64,000 nucleotides of DNA from Eledone cirrhosa (taxonomy: Eukaryota): the NCBI GenBank assembly GCA_964016885.1, contig OZ024744.1, positions 7,936,001 through 8,000,000 of the forward strand, given 5' to 3'. The position numbers were made by a program, and so were the translations under genes. The first letter of the stretch is position 1. Every line of letters begins with the position of its first letter. Below the pieces are notes generated by a model. The model did no database searches, was not told where the DNA came from, and worked only from the letters and a program-made list of their open reading frames with translations. Positions 1 through 15,000 of this stretch are shown one piece after another.

Positions 1-3000
1 CCTCTAGTACTGCTGTAGCTGTACAGTCCTGTATACAGTGACTACATTGGTAGATGCTCTCCACTAGTACTACTGTAGCTGTACAGTCCTGTATACAGTG
101 ACTACATTGGTAGATACTCTCCTCTAGTACCACTGTGGCTGTACAGTCCTGTATATAGTGACTACATTGGTAGATGCTCTCCTCTAGTACTGCTGCAGCT
201 GTACAGTTCTGTATAGAGTGACTAAATTGGTAGATATTCTCCTCTAGTACTACTGTAGCTGTACTGTCCTGTATACAGTAACTACATTGGTAGATGTTCG
301 CCTCTTGTACTACTGCAGCTGTACAGTCCTGTATACAGTGACTGCATTGGTAGACGTTCTCCTCTGTACAACTTTCGCTATAAAATCTTGTATACAGTGC
401 CTACATTGGTAGATGTTCTCCTATAGTACTACTGTAGTTGTACAGTCCTGTATACAGTGACTACATTGGTAGATGTTCTCATCTAGTACTACTGTAGCTG
501 TACAGTCCTGTATACAGTGACTACATTGGTAGATATTCTCCTCTAGTACTACTGTAGCTGTACAGACCTGTATACAGTGACTACATTGGTAGATGTTCTC
601 CTCTAGTACTACTGTGGCTGTACAGTCCTGTATACAGTGACTACATTGGTAGATGTTCTCCTTTAGTACAACAGTGGCTGTACAGTCCTGTATACAGTGA
701 CTACATTGGTAGATGTTCTCCTCTAGTACTACTGTAGCTGTACAGTCCTGTAGACGTTCTCCTCTTGTACAACTTTCGCTTCAAAGTCTTGTATACAGTG
801 ACTACATTGGTAGATGTTCTCCTTTAGTACAACATTGGCTGTAGAGTCCTGTATACAGTGACTACATTGGTAGATGTTCTCCTCTAGTACTACTGTAGCT
901 GTACAGTCCTGTATACAGTGACTAGATTGGTAGATGTTCTCCTCTAGTACTGCTGTAGCTGTACAGTCCTGTATACAGTGACTACATTGGTAGATGTTCT
1001 CCCCTCGTACTACTGTCACTGTACAGTCCTGTATACAGTGACTACATTGGTAGATGTTCTCCTCTAGTACAATTGTAGCTGTACAGTCCTGTATACACTG
1101 ACTACATTGGTAGATGTTCTCCTCTAGTACTATCGTAGCTGTACAGTCCTGTATACAGTGACTACATTGGTAGATGCTCTCCACTAGTACTACTGTGGCT
1201 GTACAGTCATGTATACAGTGACTACATTGGTGGATGTTCTCCTCTAGTACTACTGTAGCAGTACAGTCCTGTATAGAGTGACTACATTGGTAGATGCTCT
1301 CCTCTAGTACTACTGTAGATGTAGTCCTTTATACAGTGACTACATTGGTAGATGCTCTCCTCTAGTACTGCTGCAGCTGTACAGTTCTGTATAGAGTGAC
1401 TAAATTGGTAGATGATCTCCTCTAGTACTACTGTAGCTGTACTTCCTGTATACAGTGACTACATTGGTAGATGTTTTCCTCTAGTACTACTGTAGCTGTA
1501 CAGTCCTGTATACAGTGACTACATTGGTAGATGTACTCCTCTAGTATTACTGTAGATGTACAGTCTTGTATACAGTGGTGACTACATTATTAGATGTTCT
1601 CCTCTAGTACTACTGTAGATTTACAGTCCTGTATAGAGTGACTACATTTGTAGATGTTCTCCTCTAGTACTAGTGTGGCGATACAGTCCGGTATACAGTG
1701 ACTACATTGGTAGATACTCTCCTCTAGTACTACTGTAGCTGTACAGTTCTGAATACACTGATTACATTGGTAGATGTTCTACTCTAGTACTACTGTAGCT
1801 GTACAGTGCTGTATACAGTGACTACATTGGTAGATGTTCTCCTCTAGTACTAATGTGGCTGTACAGTCCTGTATACAGTGACGACATTGGTATATGTTCT
1901 CCTCTAGTACTACTGTAGCTGTACAGTCCTGTATTCAGTGACTACATTGGTAGATGTTCTCCTCTAGTAATACTGTAGCTGTACAATCCAGTATATATAG
2001 TGACTACGTTGGTAGATGTTCTCCTCTATAGTACTGTAGCTGTACAATCCTGTATACAGTGACTACATTGGTAGATACTCTCCTCTAGTACTACAGTAGC
2101 TGTAAAGTCCTGTATAGAGTGACTGCATTGGTAGATGTTCTCCTCTAGTACAACAGTGACTGTACAGTCCTGTATACAGTGACTACATTGGTAGATGTTC
2201 ACCTCTAGTACTAGTGTAGCCATACAGTCCTGTATACAGTGACTACATTGGTAGATGTTCTCTTTTAGTATTACTGTGGCTGTACAGTCCTGTATACTGT
2301 GACTACATTGGTAGATGTTCTTCTCTAGTACTACTGTAGCTGTAAATTCCTGTATACAGTGACTACATTGGTAGATGTTCTCCTCTAGTACTACTGTAGC
2401 TGTGCAGTCCTGGATATAGTGACTACATTGGGAGATGTTCTCCTCTAGTACTACTGTAGCTGTACAGTCCTCTATACAGTGACTACATTGGTAGATACTC
2501 TCCTCTAGTACTACTGTAGCTGTACAGTTCTGAATACAGTGACTACATTGGTAGATGTTCTACTCTAGTACTACTGTAGCTGTACAGTCCTGTATAGAGT
2601 GACTACTTTGGTAGATGTTCTCCACTAGTACAACAGTGGCTGTACAGTCACGTATACAGTGACTACATTGGTAGATGTTCTCTTCTAGTACTACTGTGGC
2701 TGTACAGTCCTGTATACAGTGACTACATTGGTTGATGTTCTCCTCTAGTACAACAGTGGCTGTAGAGTCCTGTATATACAGTGACTACATCGGTAGATGT
2801 TCTCCTCTAGTACTACTGTAGCTGTAAAGTTCTGTAAACAGTGACTACATTGGTAGATGTTCTCCTCTAGTACTACTGTATCTGTAAATTCCTGTATACA
2901 GTGACTACATTGGTAGATGTTCTCCTCTAGTACTACTGTAGCTCTACAGTCCTGTATACATTTATTACATTGGTAGATGTTCTGCTCTAGTACTACTGTA

Positions 3001-6000
3001 GCTGTACAGTCCTGTATATACAGTGACTACATTGGTAGATGTTCTAATCTAGTACTACTGTAGCTGTACAGTCCTGTATACAGTGACTACATTGGTAGAT
3101 TCTCTCCTCTAGTACTACTGTAGCTGTACAGTCCTGTATACAGTGACTTCATTGGTAGATGTTCTCCTCTAGTACTACTGTAGCTGTACAGTCCTGTATA
3201 CAGTGACTACATTGGTAGATGCTCTCCTCTAGTACTACTGTAGCTGTACAGACCTGTATAAAGTGACTACATTGGTAGATGTTCTCCTCTAGTACTACTG
3301 TAGCTGTACAGTCCTGTATACAGTGACTACATTGGTAGATGCTCTCCTCTAGTACTACTGTAGCTGTACAGACCTGTATAAAGTGACTACATTGGTAGAT
3401 GTTCTCCTCTAGTACTATTGTAGCTGTACAGTCCTGTATACAGTGACTACATTGGTAGATGCTCTCCTCTAGTACTACTGTATCTGTACAGTCCTGTATA
3501 CAGTGCCTACATTGGTAGATGCTCTGCTCTAGTACTACTGTAGTTATAAAGTCCTGTATACAGTGACTACGTTGGTAGATGCTCTCCTTTAGTACTACTG
3601 TAGCTGTACATTCCTGTATATAGTGACTACATTGGTAATATGCTCTCCTTTAGTACTACTGTGACTGTACAGTCTTATATACAGTGACTACATTGGTAGA
3701 TGTTCTCCTCTAGTACTACTGTAGCTGTACAGTCCTGTATATACAGTGACTACATTGGTAGATGCTCTCCTCTAGTACTACTGTAGCTGTATAGTCCTGT
3801 ATACAGTGACTACATTGGTAGATATTCTCCTCTAGTACTACTGTAGCTGTACACTCCTGTATACAGTGACTACATTGGTAGATGTTCTCCTCTAGTACTA
3901 CTGTAGCTGTACAGTCCTGTATACAGTGACTACATTGGTAGATACTCTCCTCTAGTACTACTGTAGCTGTACAGTTCTGAATACAGTGTCTACATTGGTA
4001 GATGTTCTCCTCTAGTACTACTGTAGCTGTACAGTCCTGTATACAGTGACTACATTGGTAGATGCTCTCCTCTAGTACTACTGTAGCTGTACAGTCTTGT
4101 ATACAGTGACTACATTGGTAGATGCTCTCCTTTAGTACAACAGTGGCTGTACAGTCCTGTATACAGTGACTACATTGGTAGATGTTCTACAGTAGTACTA
4201 CTGTAGCTGTACAGTCCTATATACAGTGACTACATTGGTAGATGTTCTCCTCTAGTATACTGTAGCTGTACAGTCCTGTATACAGTGACTGAATTGGTAG
4301 ATGTTCTCCTCTAGTACTACTGTGGCTGTACAGTCCTGTATACAATGACTACATTGATAGATGTTCTCCTCTCGTATTAATGTAGCTGTACAGTCCTGTA
4401 GACGTTCTCCTCTTGTACAACTTTCGGTTCAAAGTCTTGTATACAGTGACTACATTGGTAGATGCTCTCCATTAGTACAAAAGTGGCTGTACAGTCCTGT
4501 ATACAGTGACTACATTGGTAGATGTTCTCCTTTAGTACAACAGTGGCTGTACAGTCCTGTATACAGTGACTAGATTGGTAGATGTTCTCCTCTAGTACTG
4601 CTGTAGCTGTACAGTCCCGAATACAGTGACTACATTGGTAGATGTTCTCCCCTCGTACTACTGTCCCTGTACAGTCCTGTATACAGTGAGTACATTGGTA
4701 GATGTTCTCCTCTGGTACGATTGTAGCTGTACAGTCCTGTATACACTGACTACATTGGTAGATGTTCTCCTCTAGTACTACTGTGGCTGTACAGTCATGT
4801 ATACAGTGACTACATTGGTAGATGATCTCCTCTAGTACTACTGTAGCAGTACAGTCCTGTATACAGTGACTACATTGGTAGAGGTTCTCCTCTAGTACTA
4901 CTGTAGCTGTACAGTCCAGTATATATAGTGACTACGTTGGTAGATGTTCTCCTCTAGTACTACTGTAGCTGTACAGTCCTGTATACAGTGACTACATTGG
5001 TAGATACTCTCCTCTAGTACTACAGTAGGTGTAAAGTTCTGTATAGAGTGACTGCATTGGTAGATGTTCTCCTCTAGTACAACACTGGCTGTACAGTACT
5101 GTATACAGTGACTACATTGGTAGATGTTCACCTCTAGTACTAGTGTAGCTGTACAGTCCTGTATACAGTGACTACATTGGTAGATGTTCTCTTTTAGTAC
5201 TACTGTTGCTGTACAGTCCTGTATACTGTGACTACATTGGTAGATGTTCTCCTCTAGTACTACTGTAGCTGTAAATTTCTGTATACAGTGACTACATTGG
5301 TAGATGTTCTCCTCTAGTACTACTATAGCTGTACAGTCCTGTATACAGTGACTACATTGGTAGATGTTCTCCTCTAGTACTATCGTAGCTGTACTGTCCT
5401 GTATACAGTGACTATATTGGTAGATGTTCTCCTCTAGTCCTACTGTATCTCTACAGTCCTGTATACAGTGACTACATTGGTAGATGCTCTCCACTAGTAC
5501 TACTGTGGCTGTACAGTCATGTATACAGTGACTACATTGGTGGATGTTCTCCTCTAGTACTACTGTAGCAGTACAGTCCTGTATAGAGTGAATACATTGG
5601 TAGATGCTCTCCTCTAGTACTACTGTAGCTGTACAGTCCTGTATTCAGTGACTACATTGGTAGATGCTCTCCTCTAGTACTACTGTAGCTGTACAGTCCT
5701 GTATACAGTGACTACATTGGTAGATGTTCTCCTCTAGTACTACTGTAGATTTACAGTCCTGTATAGAGTTACTACATTGGTAGATGCTCTCCTCTAGTAC
5801 TACTGTAGCTGTACAGTCCTGTATAGAGTGAGTACATTGGTAGATGTTCTCCTCTAGTACTACTGTAGCTATACAGTCCTGTATACAGTGACTATACTGG
5901 TAGATGTACTCCTCTAGTACTACTGTAGCTGTACATTCCTGTATAAAGTGACTACATTGGTAGATGCTCTCCTTTAGTACTACTGTGACTGTACAGTCTT

Positions 6001-9000
6001 ATATACAGTGACTACATTGGTAGATGTTCTCCTCTAGTACTACTGTAGCTGTACAGTCCTGTATATACAGTGACTACATTGGTAGATGCTCTCCTCTAGT
6101 ACTACTGTAGCTGTATAGTCCTGTATACAGTGACTACATTGGTAGATGTTCTCCTCTAGTACTACTGTCGCTGTACAGTCTTGTATACAGTGACTACATT
6201 GGTAGATGTTCTCCTCTAGTACTACTGTGGCTGTACAATCCTGTATACAGTTTCTACATTGGTAGATGTTCTCCTCTAGTACTACTGTAGCTGTACAGTC
6301 CAGTATATATAGTGACTACATTGGTAGATGTTCTCCGCTAGTACTACTGTAGTTGTACAGTCCTGTATACAGTGACTACATTGGTAGATACTCTCTTCTA
6401 GTACTACAGTAGCTGTACAGTCCTGTATACGGTGACTACATTGGTAGATGTTCTCCTTTAGTACAACAGTGGCTGTACAGTCCTGTATACAGTGACTACA
6501 TTGGTAGATGTTCTCCTCTAGTACTACTGTAGCTGTACAGTCCTGTATACAGTGACTACATTGGTAGATGTTCTCCTCTAGTACTACTGTGGCTGTACAG
6601 TCCTGTATACAGTGACTACATTGGTAGATGTTCTCCTCTAGTACTACTGTAGCTGTACAGTCCTGTATACAGTGACTACATTGGTAGATGTTCTCCTCTA
6701 GTACTACTGTAGCTTTACAGTCCTGTATACAGTGACTACATTGGTAGATGTTCTCCTCTAGTACTGCTGTAGCTGTACAGTCCTGTTTACAGTGACTACA
6801 TTGGTAGATGTTCTCCTCTAGTACTACTGTGGCTGTACAATCCTGTATACAGTTTCTACATTGGTAGATGTTCTCCTCTAGTACTACTGTAGCTGTACAG
6901 TCCAGTATATATAGTGACTACATTGGTAGATGTTCTCCGCTAGTACTACTGTAGCTGTACAGTCTTGTATACAGTGACTACATTGGTAGATACTCTCCTC
7001 TAGTACAACAGTAGCTGTACAGTCCTGTATAGAGTGACTGCATTGGTAGATGTTCTCCTCTAGTACAACAGTGGCTGTACAGTCCTGTATAGAGTGACTA
7101 CATTGGTAGATGTTCTCATCTAGTACTAGTGTAGCTGTACAGTCCTGTATACAGTGACTACATTGGTAGATGTTCTCCTCTAGTACTACTGTAGCTGTAC
7201 AGACCTGTATACAGTGACTACATTGGTAGATTTTCTCCTCTAGTACAACAGTGGCTGTACAGTCATGTATACAGTGACTACATTGGTAGATGTTCTCCTC
7301 TAGTACTACTGTAGCTGTACAGTCCTGTATACAGTGACTTCATTGGTAGATGTTCTCCTCTACTACTACTGTAGCTGTACAGTCCTGTATACAGTGACTA
7401 CTTTGGTAGATGTTCTCCTCTAGTACTACTGTAGCTGTACAGTCCTGTATACAGTGACTTCATTGGTAGATGTTCTCCTCTAGTACTACTGTAGCTGTAC
7501 AGTCCTGTATACAGTGACTACATTGGTAGATGTTCTCCTCTAGTACTACTGTAGCTGTACAGTCCTGTATACAGTGACTACATTGGTAGATGCTCTCCTC
7601 TAGTACTACTGTAGCTGTACAGTCCTGTATACAGTGACTACATTGGTAGATGTACTCCTCTAGAACTACTGTATCTCTACAGTCCTGTATACAGTGACTA
7701 CATTGGTAGATGCTCTCCTCTAGTACTACTGTAGCTGTACACTCCTGTATATAGTGACTACATTGGTAGATACTCTCCTCTAGTACTACTGTAGCTGTAC
7801 AGTCCTGTATACAGTGACTAGATTTGTAGATGTTCTCTTCTAGTACTACCGTAGCTGTACAGTCCTGTATAGAGTGACTACATTGTTAGATGTTCTCCTC
7901 TAGTACTACTGTAGCTGTACAGTCCTGTATACAGTGACTACATTGGTAGATGTTCTCCTCTAATACTACTGTAGCTGTACAGTCCTGTATACAGGGACTA
8001 CATTGGTAGATGCTCTCCTCTGGTACTACTGTAGCTGTTCATTCATGTATACAGTGACTATATTGCTAGATGTTCCCCTCTAGTAGTGCTGTGACTGAAC
8101 AGTTCGGTATACAGTGACTATATTGGTAGATGTTCCCCTCTAGTACTACTGTAGCTGTACAGTCCTGTAGACGTTCTCCTCTTGTACAACTTTCGCTTCA
8201 AAATCTTGTATACAGTGACTACATTGGTAGATGCTCTCCTTTAGTACAACAGTGGCTGTACAGTCCTGTATACGGTGACTACATTGGTAGATGTTCTCCT
8301 TTAGTACAACAGTGGCTATACAGTCCTGTATACTGTGACTACATTGGTAGATGTTCTCCTCTAGTACTACTGTAGCTGTACAGTCCTGTATACAGTGACT
8401 ACATTGGTAGATGTTCTCCTCTAGTACTACTGTGGCTGTACAGTCCTCTATACAGTGACTACATTGGTAGATGTTTTCCTCTAGTACTACTGTAGCTGTA
8501 CAGTCCTGTATACAGTGACTACATTGGTAGATGTTCTCCTCTAGTACTACTGTAGCTTTACAGTCCTGTATACAGTGACTACATTGGTAGATGTTCTCCT
8601 CTAGTACTGCTGTAGCTGTACAGTCCTGTATACAGTGACTACATTGGTAGATGTTCTCCCCTAGTACTAATGTGGCTGTACAGTCCTGTATATAGTGACT
8701 ACATTGGTAGATGTTCTCCTCTAGTATTACTGTAGCTGTACAGTCCTGTATAGAGTGACTACATTGGTAGATGTTCTCCTCTAATACTACTGTAGCTGTA
8801 CAGTCCTGTATACAGTGACTACATTGGTAGATGTTCTCCTCTAGTACTGCTGTAGCTGTGCAGTCCTGTATACAGTGACTAGATTGGTAGATGTTCTCCT
8901 CTAGTACTGCTGTAGCTGTACAGTCCTGTATACAGTGACTACATTGGTAGATGTACTCCTCTGTACTACTGTAGCTGTACAGTCCTGTATACAGTGACTA

Positions 9001-12000
9001 CATTGGTAGATGTTCTCCTCTAGTACTACTGTACCATTACAGTCCTGTATACAGTGACTACATTGGTAGATGTTCTCCTCTAGTACTACTGTAGCTCTAC
9101 AGTCATGTATACAGTGACTACATTGGTAGATGTTCTCCTATAGTACTACTGTAGCTGTACAGTCCTGTATACAGTGACTACATTAGTAGATGTTCTCCTC
9201 TAGAACTATTGTGGCTGTACAGTCCTGTATATAGTGACTACATTGGTAGATGCTCTCCTCTAGTACTACTGTAGCTGTACAGTCCTGTATACAGTGACTA
9301 CATTGGTAGATGTTCTCCTCTAGTACTACTGTAGCTGTACAGTCTTGTATACAGTGACTACATTGGTAGATGCTCTCCTCTAGTACTACTGTAGCTGTAC
9401 AGTCCTGTATACAGTGACAAAATTGGTAGATGTTCTCCTATAGTACTACTGTGGCTACATTGGTACATGTTCTCCTCTAGTACAACTGAAGCTGTACAGT
9501 CCTGTATATACAGTGACTACATTGGTAGATATTCTCCTCTAGTACTACTGTAGCTGTACAGTCCTGTATACTGTGACTACATTGGTAGATATTCTCCTCT
9601 AGAACTACTGTAGCTGTACAGTCCTGTATACAGTGACTACATTGGTAGGTATTCTCCTCTAGAACTACTGTAGCTGTACAGTCCTGTATACAGTGACTAC
9701 ATTGGTAGATGTTCTCCTCTAGTACTATTGTGGCTGTACAGTCCTGTATACAGTGACTACATTGGTAGATGTTCTCCTCTAGAACTATTGTGGCTGTACA
9801 CTCTTGTATACAGTGACTAGATTGGTAGATGTTCTTATCTAGTACTGCTCTGACTGAACAGTTCGGTATACAGTGACTAGATTTGTAGATGTTCTCTTCT
9901 AGTACTACCGTAGCTGTACAGTCCTGTGTACAGTGACTACATTGGTAGATGCTCTCTTCTAGTACTACTGTGGCTGCACAGTCCGGTATACATTGACTAC
10001 ATTGGTAGATGTTCTCCTCTAGTACTACTGCAGCTCTACAGTCCTGTATACAGTGACTACATTGGTAGATGTTCTCCTCTAGTACTACTGTAGCTATACA
10101 GTGACTACATTGGTAGATGTTCTCCTCTAGTACCACTGTAGCTGTACAATCCTGTATATAGTGACTACAATGGTAGATGTTCTCCTCTAGTACTACTGCA
10201 GCTCTACAGTCCTGTATACAGTGACTACATTGGTAGATATTCTCCTCTAGTACTACTGTAGCTGTACAGTCCTGTATACAGTGACTACATTGGTAGATGT
10301 TCTCCTCTAGTACTACTGTAGCTGTACAGTCCTGTATACAGTGACTACATTGGTAGATGATCTCCTCTAGTACTACTGTAGCTATACAGTCCTGTATACA
10401 GTGACTACATTGGTAGATTCTCTCCTCTAGTACTACTGTAGCTGTACAGTCCTGTATACAGTGACTACATTGGTAGATGTTCTCCTCTAGTATTACTGTA
10501 GCCGTACAGTCCTGTATACAGTGACTACATTGGTAGATATTCTCCTCTAGTACTACTGTAGCTGTACAGTCCTGTATACAGTGACTACATTGGTAGATGT
10601 TCTCCTCTAGTATTACTGTAGCTGTACAGTCCTGTATACAGTGACTACATTGGTAGATATTCTCCTCTAGTACTACTGTAGCTGTACAGTCCTGTATAAA
10701 GTGACTACATTGGTAGATGCTCTCCTCTAGTACTGCTGCAGCTGTACAGTTCTGTATAGAGTGACTAAATTGGTAGATGTTCTCCTCTTGTACTACTGTA
10801 GCTGTACAGTCCTGTATACAGTGACTACATTGGTAGAAGTTCTCCTCTGTACAACTTTCGCTATAAAATCTTGTATACAGAGACTACATTGGTAGATGTT
10901 CTCCTATAGTACTACTGTGGTTGTACAGTTCTGTATACAGTGACTACATTGGTAGATGTTCTCCTCTAGTACTACTGTAGCTGTCCTGTCATGTATACAG
11001 TGACTATATTGCTAGATGTTCCTCTCTAGTACTGCTGTGACTGAACAGTTCGGTATACGGTGACTATATTGGTAGATGTTCCCCTCTAGTACTACTGTAG
11101 CTGTACAGTCCTGTAGACGTTCTCCTCTTGTACAACTTTCGCTTCAAAGTCTTGTATAGAGTGACTACATTGGTAGATGCTCTCCTTTAGTACAACAGTG
11201 GCTGTACAGTCCTGTATACAGTGACTACATTGGTAGATGTTCTCCTTTAGTACAACAGTGGCTGTACAGTCCTGTATACAGTGACTACATTGGTAGATGT
11301 TCTCCTCTAGTATTACTGTAGCTGTACAGTCCTGTATACAGTGACTACATTGGTATATGTTCTCCCCTAGTACTAATGTGGCTGTACAGTCCTGTATATA
11401 GTGACTACATTGGTAGATGTTCTCCTCTAGTATTACTGTAGCTGTACAGTCCTGTATAGAGTGACTACATTGGTAGATGTTCTCCTCTAATACTACTGTA
11501 GCTGTACAGTCCTGTATACAGTGACTACATTGGTAGATGTTCTCCTCTAGTACTACTGTAGCTGTACAGTCCTGTATACAGTGACTACATTGGTAGATGT
11601 ACTCCTCTGTACTACTGTAGCTGTACAGTCCTGTATACAGTGACTACATTGGTAGATGTTCTCCTTTAGTACAACAGTGGCTTTACAGTCCTGTATACAG
11701 TGACTACATTGGTAGATGTTCTACTCTAGTACTACTGTGGCTGTACAGTCTTGTATACAGTGACTACATTGGTAGATGTTCTCCTCTAGTACTACTGTAG
11801 CTGTACAGTCCTGTATACAGTGACTACAGTGGTAGATGTTCTCGTCTAGTACTACTGTAGTTGTACACTCCTGTATACAGTGACTACATTGGTAGATGTT
11901 CTCGTCTAGTATACTGTGGCTGTACAGTCCTGTATACAGTGACAACATTGGTAGATGTTCTCCTCTAGTATACTGTGGCTGTACAGTCCTGTATACAGTG

Positions 12001-15000
12001 ACAACATTTGTAGATGTTCTCCTCTAGTATACTGTGGCTGTACAGTCCTGTATACAGTGACTACATTGGTAGATGTTCTCGTCTAGTACTACTGTAGCTA
12101 TCCAGTCCTGTATACAGTGACAACATTGGTAGATGCTCTCCTCTAGTACTACTGTGACTGTACAGTCTTATATACAGTGACTACAGTGGTAGATGTTCTC
12201 CTCTAGTACTAATATGGCTGTACAGTCCTGTATATAGTGACTACATTGGTAGATGTTCTCCTCTAGTACTACTGTAGCTCTACAGTCATGTATACAGTGA
12301 CTACATTGGTAGATGTTCTCCTATAGTACTACTGTATCTGTACAGTCCTGTATACAGTGACTACATTAGTAGATGTTCTCCTCTAGAACTATTGTGGCTG
12401 TACAGTCCTGTATGCAGTGACTAGATTGGTAGATGTTCTAATCTAGTACTACTGTAGCTGTACAGTCCTGTATACAGTGACTACATTGGTAGATGTTCTC
12501 CCCTAGTACTACTGTAGCTGTACAGTCTTGTATACAGTGACTACATTGGTAGATGCTCTCCTCTAGTACTACTGTAGCTGTACAGTTTTGTATACAGTGA
12601 CCACATTGGTAGATGTTCTCCTATACTACTACTGTGGCTACATTGGTACATGTTCTCCTCTAGTACAACTGAAGCTGTACAGTCCTGTATATACAGTGAC
12701 TACATTGGTAGATATTCTCCTCTAGTACTACTGTAGCTGTACAGTCCTGTATACTGTGACTACATTGGTAGATATTCTCCTCTAGTACTACTGTAGCTGT
12801 ATAGTCCTGTATACAGTGACTACATTGGTAGATATTCTCCTCTAGAACTACTGTAGCTGTACAGTCCTGTATACAGTGACTACATTGGTAGATATTCTCC
12901 TCTAGAACTACTGTAGCTGTACAGTCCTGTATACAGTGACTACATTGGTAGATGTTCTCCTCTAGTACTATTGTGGCTGTACAGTCCTGTATACATTGAC
13001 TACATTGGTAAATGTTCTCCTCTAGTACTACTGTGGCTGTACAGTCTTATATACAGTGACTAAATTGGTAGATGTTCTCCTCTAGAACTATTGAGGCTGT
13101 ACAGTCCTGTATACAGTGACTAGATTGGTAGATGTTCTCATCTAGTACTGCTGTGACTGAACAGTTCGGTATACAGTGACTAGATTTGTAGATGTTCTCT
13201 TCTAGTACTGCCGTAGCTGTACAGTCCTGTATACAGTTTACTACATTGGTAGATGTTCTCCTCTAGTACTACTGTGGCTGTACAGTCTTATATACAGTGA
13301 CTACATTGGTAGATTCTCTCCTCTAGTACTACTGTAGATGTACACTCCTGTATATAGTGACTATATTGGTAGATGCTCTCCTTTAGTACTACTGTAGCTG
13401 TACAGTCCTGTATATACAGTGACTACATTGGTAGATGCTCTCCTCTAGTACTACTGTAGCTGCATGTTCCTGTATAAAGTGACTACATTGGTAGTTGGTC
13501 TCCTCTAGTACTACTGTAGCTGTACAGTCTTGTATACAGTGACTACATTGGTAGATACTCTCCTCTAGTACTACTGTAACTGTACAGTCCTGTATGCAGA
13601 GACTACATTGGTAGATGTTCTCCTATAGTACTATTGTAGCTGTACAGTCCTGTATACAGTGACTACATTGGTAGATTCTCTCCTCTAGTACTACTGTAGT
13701 TGTACAATCCTGTTATATAGTGACTACATTGGTAGATGTTCTCCTCTGTACTACTGTAGCTGTACAGTCCTGTATACAGTGACTACATTTGTAGATGTCC
13801 TCCTCTAGTACTACTGTAGCTGTATAGTCCTGTATACAGTGACTACATTTGTAGATGTTCTCCGCTAGTACTACTGTAAGTATACAGTCCTGTATACAGT
13901 GACTACATTGGTAGATGTTCTCCTCTAGTACTACTGTATCTGTAAATTCCTGTATACAGTGACTACATTGGTAGATGTTCTCCTCTAGTACTACTGTAGC
14001 TCTACAGTCCTGTATACATTTATTACATTGGTAGATGTTCTGCTCTAGTACTACTGTAGCTGTACAGTCCTGTATACAGTGACTACATTGGTAGATGTTC
14101 TGCTTTAGTACTATTGTCGCTGTACAGAGTTGTATACAGTGACTACATTGGTAGATGCTCTCCTCTAGTACTACTGTAGCTGTACAGTCCTGTATACAGT
14201 GACTACATTGGTAGATACTCTCCTCTAGTACCACTGTGGCTGTACAGTCCTGTATATAGTGACTACATTGGTAGATGCTCTCTTCTAGTACTGCTGCAGC
14301 TGTACAGTTCTGTATAGAGTGACTAAATTGGTAGATGTTCTCCTCTTGTACTACTGTAGCTGTACAGTCCTGTATACAGTGACTACATTGGTAGAAGTTC
14401 TCCTCTGTACAACTTTCGCTATAAAATCTTGTATACAGAGACTACATTGGTAGATGTTCTCCTATAGTACTACTGTGGTTGTACAGTTCTGTATACAGTG
14501 ACTACATTGGTAGATGTTCTCCTCTAGTACTACTGTGGTTGTACAGTTTTATATACAGTGGCTACATTGGTAGCTGTTCTCCTCTGGTACTACTGTAGCT
14601 GTCCTGTCATGTATACAGTGACTATATTGGTAGATGTTCCCCTCTAGTACTACTGTAGCTGTACAGTCCTGTAGACGTTCTCCTCTTGTACAACTTTCGC
14701 GTCAAAGTCTTGTATAGAGTGACTACATTGGTAGATGATCTCCTTTAGTACAACAGTGGCTGTACAGTCCTGTATACAGTGACTACATTGGTAGATGTTC
14801 TCCTCTAGTATTACTGTAGCTGTACAGTCCTGTATACAGTGACTACATTGGTAGATGCTCTCCTTTAGTACAACAGTGGCTGTACAGTCCTGTATACAGT
14901 GACTACATTGGTAGATGTTCTCCTCTAGTATTACTGTAGCTGTACAGTCCTGTATACAGTGACTACATTGGTAGATGTTCTCCCCTAGTACTAATGTGGC

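Noticed and set aside
46-53. ATTGGTAG shared by both satellite monomers, suggesting common ancestry
   Set aside because: It is only 8 bp, and each monomer has its own distinct parent (LINE C-terminus versus SINE head). Treated as coincidence.
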